Below the pieces are notes generated by a model. That model saw only the letters and a list, made by a program, of their open reading frames with translations, was not told where the DNA came from and made no database searches. DNA of 63,976 nt, filler included, from Fonticula-like sp. SCN 57-25 (lineage: Eukaryota), in assembly GCA_001724245.1 (NCBI GenBank). It is 4 parts of 4 records of this genome, joined end to end, with 100 filler letters (N's around TTAATTAATTAA, not from the genome) between each part and the next. Parts side by side here need not be neighbours in the genome. Positions count along the whole stretch, not along the records: positions 32,670 to 48,514 come from MEDX01000134.1; positions 48,615 to 63,976 come from MEDX01000139.1; 2 more parts are not named here. One strand, given 5' to 3'. How positions within the stretch are numbered: position 1 is the first letter of the stretch; every line of letters begins with the position of its first letter. Positions 47,300 through 58,326 of this stretch are shown here, piece by piece. The position numbers and the translations under genes were made by a program.

Positions 47300-48148
47300 A
47301 TGGACAAGGACGAGTTTGACGGGATGCAGGCGGCCGAGTCGCGTCCAAACTCGTTACAAGCAGGCCTCTTATCGTTAGAAAGCGACTCTTTATTACTGAA
47401 ACCAAACTCACTTCACCCGAGCGTAATGTCTCTCTATCCCAGCGGTGCAATGTTGCATCGCGACGATCTCTCTGCCGCGCCGCCGTTCCGCCCAAGCGAG
47501 CTTTCCATACCGCTGGTCTCTCTCTCGCTACACAATGGACTAGCCACCCATCTCCACGACCCCGACGCCTCCCCTCTCAACTCCCCTGAAATGTCGCACG
47601 GCGCCCATTCAGAGTACTCGCCCGAGCGATCCGGCTCTGGCGAGTTCGAGTCGCGCTGCGAAGATCGCTGGTTCGACAGCCGCGAGGCGCTCCTCTCTGG
47701 CGCGCAGACGTTTGCGCGTGAAAACGGTTTCGCCGTCGTCATTCGCTCGTCGACAGATCGCCACGTTTACCTTTCGTGCGACCGGAGTGGCCAGCGGCGG
47801 GATCGGCGGCCAGGTTCCCCCCGCGTGCGCGACACTGGGACGCGGCTGATCGGGTGTGAGTTCCAAATGCGCGGGCTGCGGCAGGACGGGCGGTGGCTGC
47901 TGGCCACGCTGCAGCCGAGGCACAACCATCTGCCGTCGATACACGCGAGCATGCATCCAGTACACAGACGGCTGACCGGGCAGCAGACGCAGCTGCTCAA
48001 CGAGATGCTCGAGCAGAAACAGCAGCCCAGGACGATCCTGGCTTCAATGCGGGCCCACGGCGCGCTGATTACGAGTAGGGATGTGTATAACTATAAAGCG
48101 GCGCACAAGAGGAACAGCAAGCTCAAGCTCGCAACGACAGCAAACTAA
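47300..48148 (+). CDS. FAR1/WRKY-GCM1-type DNA-binding protein derived from a Mutator (MULE) transposase N-terminus; no DDE domain
   Basis: FDSREALLSGAQTFARENGFAVVIRSS, LSCDRSG, GTRLIGCEF, W...HNH, HPVHRRL and SRDVYNYK, then stop. Confidence 0.75.
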   Translation: MDKDEFDGMQAAESRPNSLQAGLLSLESDSLLLKPNSLHPSVMSLYPSGAMLHRDDLSAAPPFRPSELSIPLVSLSLHNGLATHLHDPDASPLNSPEMSHGAHSEYSPERSGSGEFESRCEDRWFDSREALLSGAQTFARENGFAVVIRSSTDRHVYLSCDRSGQRRDRRPGSPRVRDTGTRLIGCEFQMRGLRQDGRWLLATLQPRHNHLPSIHASMHPVHRRLTGQQTQLLNEMLEQKQQPRTILASMRAHGALITSRDVYNYKAAHKRNSKLKLATTAN

Positions 48149-48514
48149 AAGGCATCAAACTAGGCATTTTGTACAATTTTGGCATGCAAATTCATATGGC
48201 ATTTGAGCAATAAACAACGATATACCATAATATTGATATTTATTTTTAAAGGCCAAGGAGCGTTCGACATGCACTGGAACAGTCAATGGAACACTGTGAA
48301 ACTTGAGTCATTGCACGTGATCTATAGCATTTTCGGTTGATTTTTTACTTTTGACAAGGGCACCCAAGGATACTAAAGTTGTTCAAGCCAATGTAACGGC
48401 ATGTGAAATGGAAGGATGGGAAAAGTTAAGTGTCATCGATGACACATAGCGTTAAGTGTCATCGAATCACGTGATCATATGGGATGACTGCGCATAATCC
48501 GGGTTTTTTCCGGA

Positions 48515-48614
48515 NNNNNNNNNNNNNNNNNNNNNNNNNNNNNNNNNNNNNNNNNNNNTTAATTAATTAANNNNNNNNNNNNNNNNNNNNNNNNNNNNNN
48601 NNNNNNNNNNNNNN
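48515..48614. other. Artificial contig-joining linker
   Basis: Same N44-TTAATTAATTAA-N44 string. Confidence 0.98.
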
Positions 48615-48648
48615 AAAAAAAGCCCACTGCTGCATTCCTTTTATTTGC

Positions 48649-50717
48649 TCACAGGAAGGGCTCGATATCGAGCTCGAGGGCGGTACAGGGATTGGTGAGG
48701 TCGAACGCCTTGAGAACCTCCGGGTGAAGGACGCCGAGGACGCCAACCTTTTTCCCCTTGTACAAAATCTCTGCACAGCGACCATCAAAGTAGGTGGGAT
48801 GCGCAGACTCCTTGATAATGTAGCCCTCCTTCTCTCCCGCGGGGATCCTGAGCATGCGCATGAGGTGGTCGAGCAGACCGTGGACAGCCTCAAAGGCGGC
48901 AGAGGCGGCGCAGTACACCGCGCACAGCTGGCGACGGTTGCTCGCGCCGACGTCCCGCGACGCATCCTTGACGACAACATCCGAAACCTCAAAGACGCGG
49001 ATGGGAAGAGGCATGTCGCGGTTGTTGGAGAGCGACTTGAGCAAGCCGGGCAAGAGCGACGTACGGACCACCTGGAACTCGATCGTCTTCGGGTTGGCAA
49101 GAACAACGGCCGACTGGCCGTCGTCCGCCTTGCGAAGGTTGGCAAAATTCTCCGCATGAGAGCACAGAGCAAAGTTCAGGAACTCGGTGCAACCGGCCTG
49201 CGCAAGCTCGCGGCGAACCAAGTCGCTAAGAAGGTTGAGGGGCTGCTGCTGACCGACCGTGTTGGTGGGAGCGGGGCTCTGCTTCAGGTTGTTGTAGCCG
49301 TACGCGATCGCGACATCCTCCATGATGTCGCACGCGTGAAGGATATCTATCATCATGCCGCGAGGTGAGACCACGAGCTAATCATGAGAGCGCGCGCACC
49401 GCTTCGCGTGGGCGGAACGCTAACGCTGATCTTTCCCGCCTCCTTGACCTTGGCATCAAGGCACATACGGTTCAGAAGCGTGACAATCTCCGTGTCTGCG
49501 AGCTCCACTCCGACGGCCGTGTTGATGTACTTGGAGGTGGTCTCAAAGGCCGTGTAGGTAAAGTCAGGGTACGACTTGGTCTCGCCGTTGGAGTACTCAA
49601 CGTCGACCACCTCGACTTCAAACGGCACGTCGCAGTACTGGCTGAACATGGTGAGCATGGTGTTGAGGACGATCGAGGCCTTCGTAAGATCCGTGGCCGT
49701 GCACTCAATCAAAACATTGCGCGTGGCAAGCGTGATCTTGGAGTGATCGCCGTTGATGACCGGCGGAAGAGAAAGCACAACGCCGTTGGCGTCGAGCACT
49801 ACCGGGTACACTGGAGAGTCGCGAATGATGGGGAGGTAGCGCTTCAGCTGCATGTCCGACTATGAAAAGGACCGCGCCCATGAGCGGTGGCAACGTAAAA
49901 CACTAAAAGAGCGCGTACACTAAGCGCCTCCATCAGCTCCACGCCGTTCATCGAGGTGGTGCGATTCAGCGGGACGAATTTGATGTCCTCGGGCTTGAGG
50001 GCGTCGTACTTGAAGGGGCCCTTGACCGTGTCCAGGTCGTGGGTGCCGATGGCAACGAGCGTGCGCTTGCGGCAGATATTTTGGTGAAGCTTATCTTGAA
50101 GATCGATGAAGCTCGAGTACGACGTCGGGTTGAACGTCACATTCCGGAGGATGGCTGCTACCACAAAGGGGCGAACAGCAGCAACATTCGGTGTCACGTG
50201 GACCCGCTGCGTCGACGACGCGCGCACAGCCTTGTAGATCGGCGGCTGCTCCTTCTTCAAAAAAGTCTGAAGACCACGCGCAAGACCCTCCAGGCACAAA
50301 AGGTCATACCTGGCAAAGCAACGTTAGCATTCATGCCTCTTTCTCCGCCGGCACATACCGATTGGCCGGGACGTCAATGCGGTAGATGATCTCCTCAGAG
50401 ATGACCTCGCCCACCACCTTGGCCTCGCCGACCTCCTTGCGCTTCATCTCACGCTCCGACGTCTAATGTGCACCGCATGCGAGTAAGCATACAATGAAAG
50501 GGATCGCCGCAGCAGTAGTAGGACTAGCGCACCACTTCGTCGAGCTCGATGCCAAACTCGAAGCAAAGCTCGTCAAACTCCGCATCACCTAGAGTTCATC
50601 AAAAAGTTAAAAAGATATTTGAAAAGCTCGCAAACCACAATGAAAATAATGCCACGTACTGTACTCCTTGCCAAGACGCTCAAAGAGCTTCGCGCGGCTC
50701 ACCGAAATGGTCGGCAT
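48649..50717 (-). CDS. FARSB: Phenylalanine-tRNA ligase beta subunit (cytosolic), about 6 exons
   Basis: MPTISVSR.., [82 protein letters not shown] and NPKTIEFQVVRTSLLPGLLK. Confidence 0.97.
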
Positions 50718-50850
50718 CTCGTGCTTCCCTTCCCTGTCGGGGGTGCAAAATTAGACTACCTGCAAACTGATTTGAGTTTGCACTAAACAGTGGCGGGGGT
50801 GACTGCAGTGCAGAGTCCCGTTGCATCATTGACTTTTGGGCTTTGCCGAG

Positions 50851-53135
50851 ATGTCACGCAAAGCGGCGTTACTGGATGACGACGACCACATTGATGGCAT
50901 TACTGCTACGGAGGACGACCTGAACGATCCCGAGCTGATGGTATGAATCGTCTTCACAACAGGGATCGTCATGCTGACGCACGATTGATGCTAGAGGGAG
51001 CTTGCTGAATTGACTGGTGGTGGAGGCCCGTCGCCATTGTCAAAGCCAGCGGCTGCGCTGCGGGGCTCAGGCAAGGCGCAAAAGAGCGGCAAAAAGTCCC
51101 CGCCTCCGCCCGCGTTCTCGCACGACGCCTCCTTGTATGCATCCCTTTGGCCCTTTATTGTGAGTCTAATTTGATTCCGATGGCAGCCACGGAAACACTG
51201 CGAATGAAGATATGCTCGGCGACGACGACGACCTTTCCGACCCCGACCTTCTTGTACGTATTAATTGGCGTTGTTGCATGCCCGATGCTAAATTGAGCCG
51301 CAGGCCGAACTGGCATCGCTCACCGGCCAACCTGTGGCAGCTGCTGCATCACCGAAATCTTCAACGTCTCAGCCCAAAATTCCGGCAGCTTTGACTCAGC
51401 TGCCTCCACCTCCAAAGCCGCTTCCCCAAGCCCCGACAGCTGCGGCGACGCCCCAGCAAGCGGCAGCGCGCAAGTTGCCTGCGCTTTCGATGGAAGAGAA
51501 GCTAAAGCTGAAGGACGCGGCCTTGCTCGAGGCGTACATCAAGGAAGACATGAAGCAACTTTTGGTGCTCAGGCAGCAAGGCAGGGACACGGAGTTGAAG
51601 GCAGGTATGGTAAAGGTGAGCAGTCTAAAGTCCGCGCTGGCGCAACTGAAAGCTGGCGGTTCGCCGACATCCGCGTCAACAAAGGGATCCCCCGCTGTAA
51701 GCACCCTGTCAGAGGTACGCCCAGTTCTGTCTCTTCTCTTGGTGCTTAAGCAATGTTTCTTGGTTGCAGACTGATGCGGCGTTTGAGAGGCTTCTTGTTC
51801 GCCTGCGCGAACAGGTGTCGATGTGCAATCAGTATGCGGAGCGCTGCCATGCCACAGGAGATCGCACTGAGCAAACTCTCAGACGTGAAGCCCAGCGCTG
51901 CCAGTCTGATCTAGATGCTCTCTTGAGCGTAAAGGCACACGGGACAGCACTCCCGCTGTTTCACTACGAGGATCGGGCCTTTTCTGTGCCGAACATTTCT
52001 GTAGACTTGCAGCCGAACGACTTTGAGGTATCCGTCGTGCGCGTCGTTGGGCTTCCGTTGATTCCTCAAATTCGACCGGAAGCCCTCGAGACATTCGTCG
52101 CCATTGAATTCCCCGCAGGCGGTGGCGGCAACTCGGCCGAATCCGATTCTACTTGCAAGGGTCTCTCGCCACACTATGACTATTCTCACAAGTTTGCAAT
52201 TGAGCGCACCATCCCTGGCCGTCGTATCTTTGAACGCAAGAAAGTGGGCGTGCGCATCGCATACCGCTCGGGCGTCTTTCTCTTCAAAAAGACGATTCCT
52301 ATTGCTTCTTGTACACTTGACATTTCCGGTCTCCTCGCGCAGGCTGAGGTGTCGGGTATTTTTCCGGTACGCCATTCCTATTCTCTGTGGCCTTTTCGGA
52401 TTACTCAAAGTGCAAAGATGCTCGACGGCGATGGCCGCCATCCGCTACCCGGCGCCAAGATTGAGGTGCGCATGCGGGTTAGGACGCCAATGAATGCAGT
52501 CAAGGGGGAGCCTGGAAACGTCAACTCTACAGAGAGGTGGCTCGTCATTGACAAGTATCCTCACGCGGGTGCCGCACCATCGAAGAAGCAGCCTGCGCCC
52601 GCGCCTGGCGGCTCTGGAGCCCCTGCTTCGGCTCCCTCCCCTGGCGTTGCAAGCCCAGGAGGCAAGAAAGCAGGCGCCCCGGCTTCCGCATCGGGGCCTA
52701 CCGCTGCTGCGCAGCAAAATGCCACGCCGCCCGATGATTGGGATAGCGTATCACATATGGTCGCTGATTCGGTGCTTTCCAAAGAACGGGAACGCCTCGA
52801 AGGCATCATTGCGCAGTGCAAGGTACGCTTATGTGGAACCATCATTTGTGTTTACTAAGATGTTGGGGTCCGGAAAGGCCAAGCGTTCTGCACCTCCGTC
52901 CGACGTCGAAGACAGACTGGATCAAGTCAAGTTCCAAATGGAGATGCTTGAATCCCAAATTACCAGCGGGATCCTGTCTATGAATGGCTATCGCGACGCA
53001 ATTGATAAGGCGATTCAGACGGAGAAGAAGCGTGCGCTGGATCTCAAGAGAGGAGGTTTCATTGAGGAAGCAAAGACAGTCCTCAGGAACGTACGTTTGA
53101 TGCAAGGCGAGCTCGAGGCAATCCCACAAGAGTAG
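50851..53135 (+). CDS. CC2D1: Coiled-coil and C2 domain protein (CC2D1A/B, Lgd/Freud-1-like; DM14 + C2), about 7 exons
   Basis: Acidic DDLNDPELMRELAEL repeats, a DM14-like helix pair, FERLLVRLREQVSMC, PLFHYEDRAFSV..SVDLQPND, a C2 domain with IEVRMRVRTP..TERWLVID, and C-terminal SVLSKE..Y..AI..EKKRALDLKRGG. Confidence 0.8.
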
Positions 53136-53215
53136 AAATTTTGATTCGAGTTTTATTTTAGCAGTATTTTACAACTTAATACCATATTCTCCTGCCTTTT
53201 TTTCAAATGTGCAAA

Positions 53216-53643
53216 TTAGGCGCGAGCCTGCGTCCGTGGCGGCGGCGGCGCGGGAACCTCGCGCTGGTTGATCACCTCGCGACGAGCCGCATCTTGCAGC
53301 GCCTCGACGTCAATGTCCTTCGGAACATGAATGTACCGGACAGAGCTTCCGCGCACAAAGCAGTTCTTCACCGACGCCTAGAGCCATATTGTGAGTCCAA
53401 TGGGCGCCCGCAAAAGCAAAACTACGAACCATGTGAGGGTAGCTCTTCTCGTCCACCACAGTAATGTTTGTGAGCTTAATGTTGAGGAACTGATCCACCG
53501 AGTGAAGTGTACCCCGGAGGCTCAGGTCATTCTTAAGCTCCACAATCACTTCTCGCCCAACGAGCGTCTTAAAAAAAGAGTAGAACAGCTGGAATAAAAT
53601 GGTAAGCTCAACAAGACCTGAGCAACGGCCCCGCTCGCACCAT
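53216..53643 (-). CDS. LSM2: U6 snRNA-associated Sm-like protein LSm2 (ATG alone in exon 1)
   Basis: M|LFYSFFKTLVGREVIVELKNDLSLRGTLHSVDQFLNIKL...PHM|ASVKNCFVRGSSVRYI. Confidence 0.96.
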
Positions 53644-53742
53644 CCTTGCTGAACTGCAGAGATTCTTCAATGTTGTCACAAGCGTGAACTGTCACAGGCC
53701 TGCCACAGTTTTGACACGTCCACAGTGCGGTTGGCGGCAGCG

Positions 53743-54827
53743 ATGGAGGCTGAACTAGTGGCGCTCAAGCGGCAGCTTGCCAAGGTGACCGACGGCTCCT
53801 TTGTGACCGTACGCATGTAGTCTTGTTTTGGCATTTCACTGAGTTATGAGTAGGATGAGAAGAAGGCAGCGGATTTGCTCCGAGAACTCGATCGGTTCGC
53901 CATGACGAAGAAGCTGCTGTTGAGCACCGACCTAGGCAAGGTCGTGGGGCAGCTGCGCAAGGCACCGTCCTCTTCTCTCTCGGCTCAGGCCAAGGCATTG
54001 GTGGTGAAGTGGAAAGAGCAATGCAATGTTGTTGACAGTCTTTCTTCTTCCTCGTCTACTTCACTTGCCAAAGCGCAGCCCGACACCCCCACGCGTGTGG
54101 CCACCCCGGTCTCCAAACCGTCGCCCTCCCCGAGTGCCGTGACTAGAGCCCCTAGCAACGGCGCCGCTTCTACCGACGTGGAGAACCAAGTGATGAAGCT
54201 GGTTGGGCTGATGGACAACGACTCGCGCGACAAGTGCCTCCGGTTCCTCGTGGGCGCCTTGCTTGTCAATTTTGACACATCAGTGGGTACGCATTGTGGG
54301 CTGTGGGCGCCGTAGCCGTGATTTTTAATGCAGTGCATTTAGGTTTGAAGGTGGTGGCGGATGTTGCGCGCGAGATTGAAGAGGAGGTGCTGAATATGCA
54401 ACAGAGAGAGGCGAACGAAGAGTACAGGGGAAAGATTCGGCAACTGGTTTTCAACCTTCGCGACACGAGCAATCCTCGGCTTCGTAGCCGCGTGCTCTCG
54501 CGCGAGGTGTCCGCGGAGCGCCTCTGCCGAATGTCTCACAAGGAACTTGCCAGTGACGAACAGAAGGAGGAGATTGACAAACTAGAGAAGGCGATTCTGC
54601 ATGATGTCGTGGAGGCAAAGCCTGTGGGCCAAGAAACCGACCAATTCAAGTGCGGAAAATGCGGCCAAAGACGCACACGGTACACGCAGGCTCAGACGAG
54701 GTCAGCCGACGAACCCATGACCACTTTTGTGACATGCGTGGTTTGCAACAACAAGTGGAAGGTACGACTTGATTCTCTAATTCCCTACTCTCTGTCTGAC
54801 GACGATGCGGTGTCGCAGTTTTGCTGA
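53743..54827 (+). CDS. TCEA: Transcription elongation factor TFIIS, 4 exons
   Basis: LLLSTDLGKVVGQLRK..AKALVVKWK, YRGKIRQLVFNLRD..NPRLR, and FKCGKCGQRRTRYTQAQTRSADEPMTTFVTCVVCNNKWK|FC. Confidence 0.96.
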
Positions 54828-55062
54828 TCACTGGAGCATAATGGTCATTGTGGCCGTCTGATATTTTGCATCTGTACTATTTTGTATCCTGCATTTACTT
54901 TAGAATAATCGGATGTGTTTTGCGTTTGCAATTTAAAGTAGCTATGTTGATACTGTACACGGAGACAACAAAAGAAATCGAAAAGAACAACCTAATTGTC
55001 ACTTCCTTGAAACTATAAAGGAATTGAAAAGGAAGCATCGTCCACGTCAAATAGGATTGTGC

Positions 55063-56655
55063 TCATTTCCTTCTGAGCGGACCCATAATCTCAGTCATGA
55101 CGGGCGCACGGACAGCACCAAAAATCTCGTCCGCCCGGCTCGCTTCCTGCAGCTCCATTGCCCTTTCAAGCGCTTCGGGGAGAGCCCACGCCGGAAGCTT
55201 GATCTTCTTAGCTGGGGGCGCGTCCATGTCGTCGTCATCGTCGTCGTCATCTTCGTCGCTACTCACGTGCTCTTCCGGAATAATATCGGCGGAGAGCGGT
55301 AGCGGGGATGAAAGGCGGGCGGCAGCGTGAGATGCGAGGGCCGCAATTGCCGCGGGCTTGGGAATAGATACAACTGGGGCACTCGCGACAAACGTTCCCA
55401 ACGCGGGGCGAACCGGGAGGGCTGACGGTACAGTCGAGACAGCAGGGGCCGTGGGAATGGGGGCCGTGGACGCAACCGGCGTCCCAAGGTTTCGCGTCAG
55501 CGCAACATACGTCGGGGTAAGCGGCTGCTCGGACTCGGTCGAGAGCGGGCGAGTGGAGCGAGCGGCGCTCCTTGGTGTTGACGATTTTACTTGCATTGGC
55601 GTAGCAGGGCGCTTTGGTGTCGACATTTGCTGGAGCGCGGCAACGCGCTTGGGGGTTCCCATCGGCGCAACGGCAACCGGTCGAAGAGGTGTGGATGATT
55701 TCAAAGGGGTCGATGCTGTCGACGTGGTTGCCGACGTCGAGCGAACGGACAAAGGGGTTGAGGCAGAGGCCGCCGAAAAGCGCGGCGCATTTGATTGCGG
55801 CTGGAGACCGCGCGGGGGTGGAGCGGTGAACGACTCGTCATTGGAAGGCAGCGCTGCCATCTTTGAATCCAGTGGAGAATCCTTCGTCGCCTTGTCATCC
55901 TCCTTCAGTTCGGCGCTGGCAGGGGTCTCGACGTTGTCCTTTGACGGCTGCGCCAGAGGAGTAACGCGATCGTCCTGCGGCTCTGTCTGAGAGTACACCG
56001 GCGTAACCCGCTGAACAGAGGCAGGAACATTCTCCGATGCGTTCCCCTTCTGCACCGAGAGTGACGAGAGCTCTATAATCGTGTAAGAATTCGCAATTCA
56101 ACCGCTACAAAGCAACGCGTACTGCTCAGCAGGTTTGCAGCCAGACGCGTGGGAACGGCACTTCCAACCTGCGGCTTGGTTACCGTTGTAGTGACCGTGT
56201 TTGCTGCGCGGGCTTGGATCTTGGGCGTTGCGGGCCCCGAGGAATTGTTTACAACGGGAGACAGAACGCTTGCCGGGGCAGGCGACGCAACAAGAGACTT
56301 GACGGGCATCGGGTTCTCTTTGTCAATCACGGTGCGCATGGGAGAAAGAGGCATGGTAGGCGCCAACGCGTTTCCACGGGACTGGCGCTTGCGCTTCATC
56401 GTCGTGGATGGAGTGGCGAGCAGCTGCTGAATATCCGCCCCTCTGTCATGACGAGCAATCGTTAACGCAATCAAGCGCAGTAAAAAACATGACGTACTCT
56501 TCGACCTTTTTCATGGCATCTTCAAGGAAGCTGGAGAGCCAGGTTTGATGCTCCTCCACATGAGCACGGAAGCCATCGATGCTGCTCTGCGCATGTTCGG
56601 CAAAGGTAGCACGATACGGTTTGACCCACGCAAGGTCAAGGGTAGTGGACGACAT
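55063..56655 (-). CDS. INCENP: INCENP-like chromosomal passenger protein (short form), 3 exons
   Basis: N-terminal helix (..FRAHVEEHQTWLSSFLEDA), many S/T-P sites and a KEN box, an acidic stretch, then IN-box-like LPAWALPEALERAMELQ..RADEIFGAVRAPVMTEIM. Confidence 0.7.
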
Positions 56656-56827
56656 GATAAAAACCGGTAAGGTGTATGCCGTTCAAGGGAACGAACGACG
56701 CGCCCTCTGAGCTACCTCGACGAGCAACACTCCCCTGCGATTGAAGAGCGCTGCTTACGGCGCGGTGAGAAACTGACAATCCAAAAAACGGAAATTTCGT
56801 AACCGTCAAGAATCATCGAAAATCAGA

Positions 56828-56841
56828 CCAATCAGGCCAAT
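56828..56841. promoter_or_regulatory. Tandem CCAAT boxes in the INCENP/DUF2062 bidirectional promoter
   Basis: GACCAATCAGGCCAATCAG. AACGG/CCGTT cores at ~56669 and ~56787. Confidence 0.55.
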
Positions 56842-56901
56842 CAGAATCGACCAACACACCCGACCAGCCCCGTCTGCATCTGCGCGCCAACCATCACCAT
56901 C

Positions 56902-57471
56902 ATGGAGTGGGTTCGAAAGACGGCAGTTAGTGTTATGAACGTAATCACTGGTGGCATTACGACCCACAGGTTAGCAATGTCCTTTGCGGTTGGCTTGGTA
57001 GGAGGACTGGTATGTTCACTCAACGAGTATGTCATTTTTTTAACTCTTTGCAGTTTCCTATCCCGTTCACTACGACGCTGGTGTGCATGCCCCTCATCTA
57101 CTTGCTCGGAGCAAATGTTCTGATCGCGCAACGTATGTTACTTTTTCGCTTTTTGAATAGTTCTCACCACTTTGACTTGACTAGTGATCAACGGTTTGTT
57201 GACACCGGTTCAGCCGTTCATGATTGCCGTGTTCCTTGCTATCGGCCAACTTTTCGCCCCTGGGCTGTGGACATCGGAGGAGCCTGTAATGGACATTATC
57301 AAGAAAGTGGGAGAAGCTCCGCTTGAATCGATTACTCATTTCTCGTACCTCTTTCTAACTGCAGTTATTGGTTGGTCAATCGCTGCCCTTCCTTTGATCT
57401 TTATGATCTACTTTGCAACCCGACCGATTGCCAGGCGCATCATTGAAGGATCTCGCAACAAGAACGAGTAA
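56902..57471 (+). CDS. DUF2062-family membrane protein, 3 exons
   Basis: GITTHRLAMSFAVGLVGGL|FPIPFTTTLVC...N...Q|LINGLLTPVQPFM...AVIGWSIAA. Confidence 0.75.
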
Positions 57472-57571
57472 AATAAACATTTATTTGGCATATATGAATA
57501 ATTCAATTGTGGTATCAAAAATGGGGGGTGTTAACTCGTTCCTATTAAACGTCGTTATGCGAACGACACGC

Positions 57572-58090
57572 CTAAGCTGGAGGAGACCACCCGTTCTCTT
57601 TCGCGATTCGCGCCTTCTCTAAAACAAACCTACCTTCCTTATATTTTTGCGAACTGTCCGCTGCGCTTATCTAATATGACAAAGTCCTGTTAGCCGTTGA
57701 CTCTCGCTCATGGACCTACGCACGTAGCGCCAACCGATGATGACATTGCACACAGCACAAGTCACGTCAGCCACGGTGTGCAGCCCTGTGATGAGCAGGC
57801 GCGAAGAGGGCGAGCCAACCTGCACATTGACACTAAAAACGACCTTTGTGAGAGAGCTGGCAACATTACTTTCACGGACGTACACCGAGTCCACCAAGAA
57901 TGCGCGACCGAAGCGTCCCTGGAATGTCTGCACGTTCGCCTGTTACAACGCGAGATCGCGGCAAACCTGGCAACCGTACCTTGGATACTACGGATTCGTA
58001 CTCTGCCAAATGTGCATGGCAGTTTCCACACGCATAGTACCGCTCTGTCGATAGAAACACTTGAACTGGCGCACACCCGCTCTTGCCCAT
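57572..58090 (-). CDS. YPEL: Yippee-like (YPEL/Moh1) zinc-binding protein, 4 exons
   Basis: YACGNCHAHLA..VVSK|TFQGRFGRAFL, LITGLHTVADVTCAVCNVIIGWRY and SQKYKEGRFVLEK. Confidence 0.92.
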
Positions 58091-58326
58091 CGCTCTGGGT
58101 CAGGGGTTTAGCTGACGTTCTCCGATGCAATTTGACGTGCAAACTAGGAATCGCATGCGTTTTTATCCTATCAGACCCGGTCAGGACCCTGTTGAAGGTT
58201 TGGTTTTGAGCAAGACGCGGTAAGGGTGTTTTGCTTCGCCGGCGTCTTGCTTTCTGTGCCCGACGAGAGGCTTTTTGGTAGACAGGCGCCCTTTGTGTGT
58301 GCGCTGCTGATCTCGTGACGGCCAAT

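Noticed and set aside
47300..48514. Active Mutator transposon
   Set aside because: No DDE catalytic domain, TIRs or target-site duplication is visible. Only the DNA-binding portion is present.
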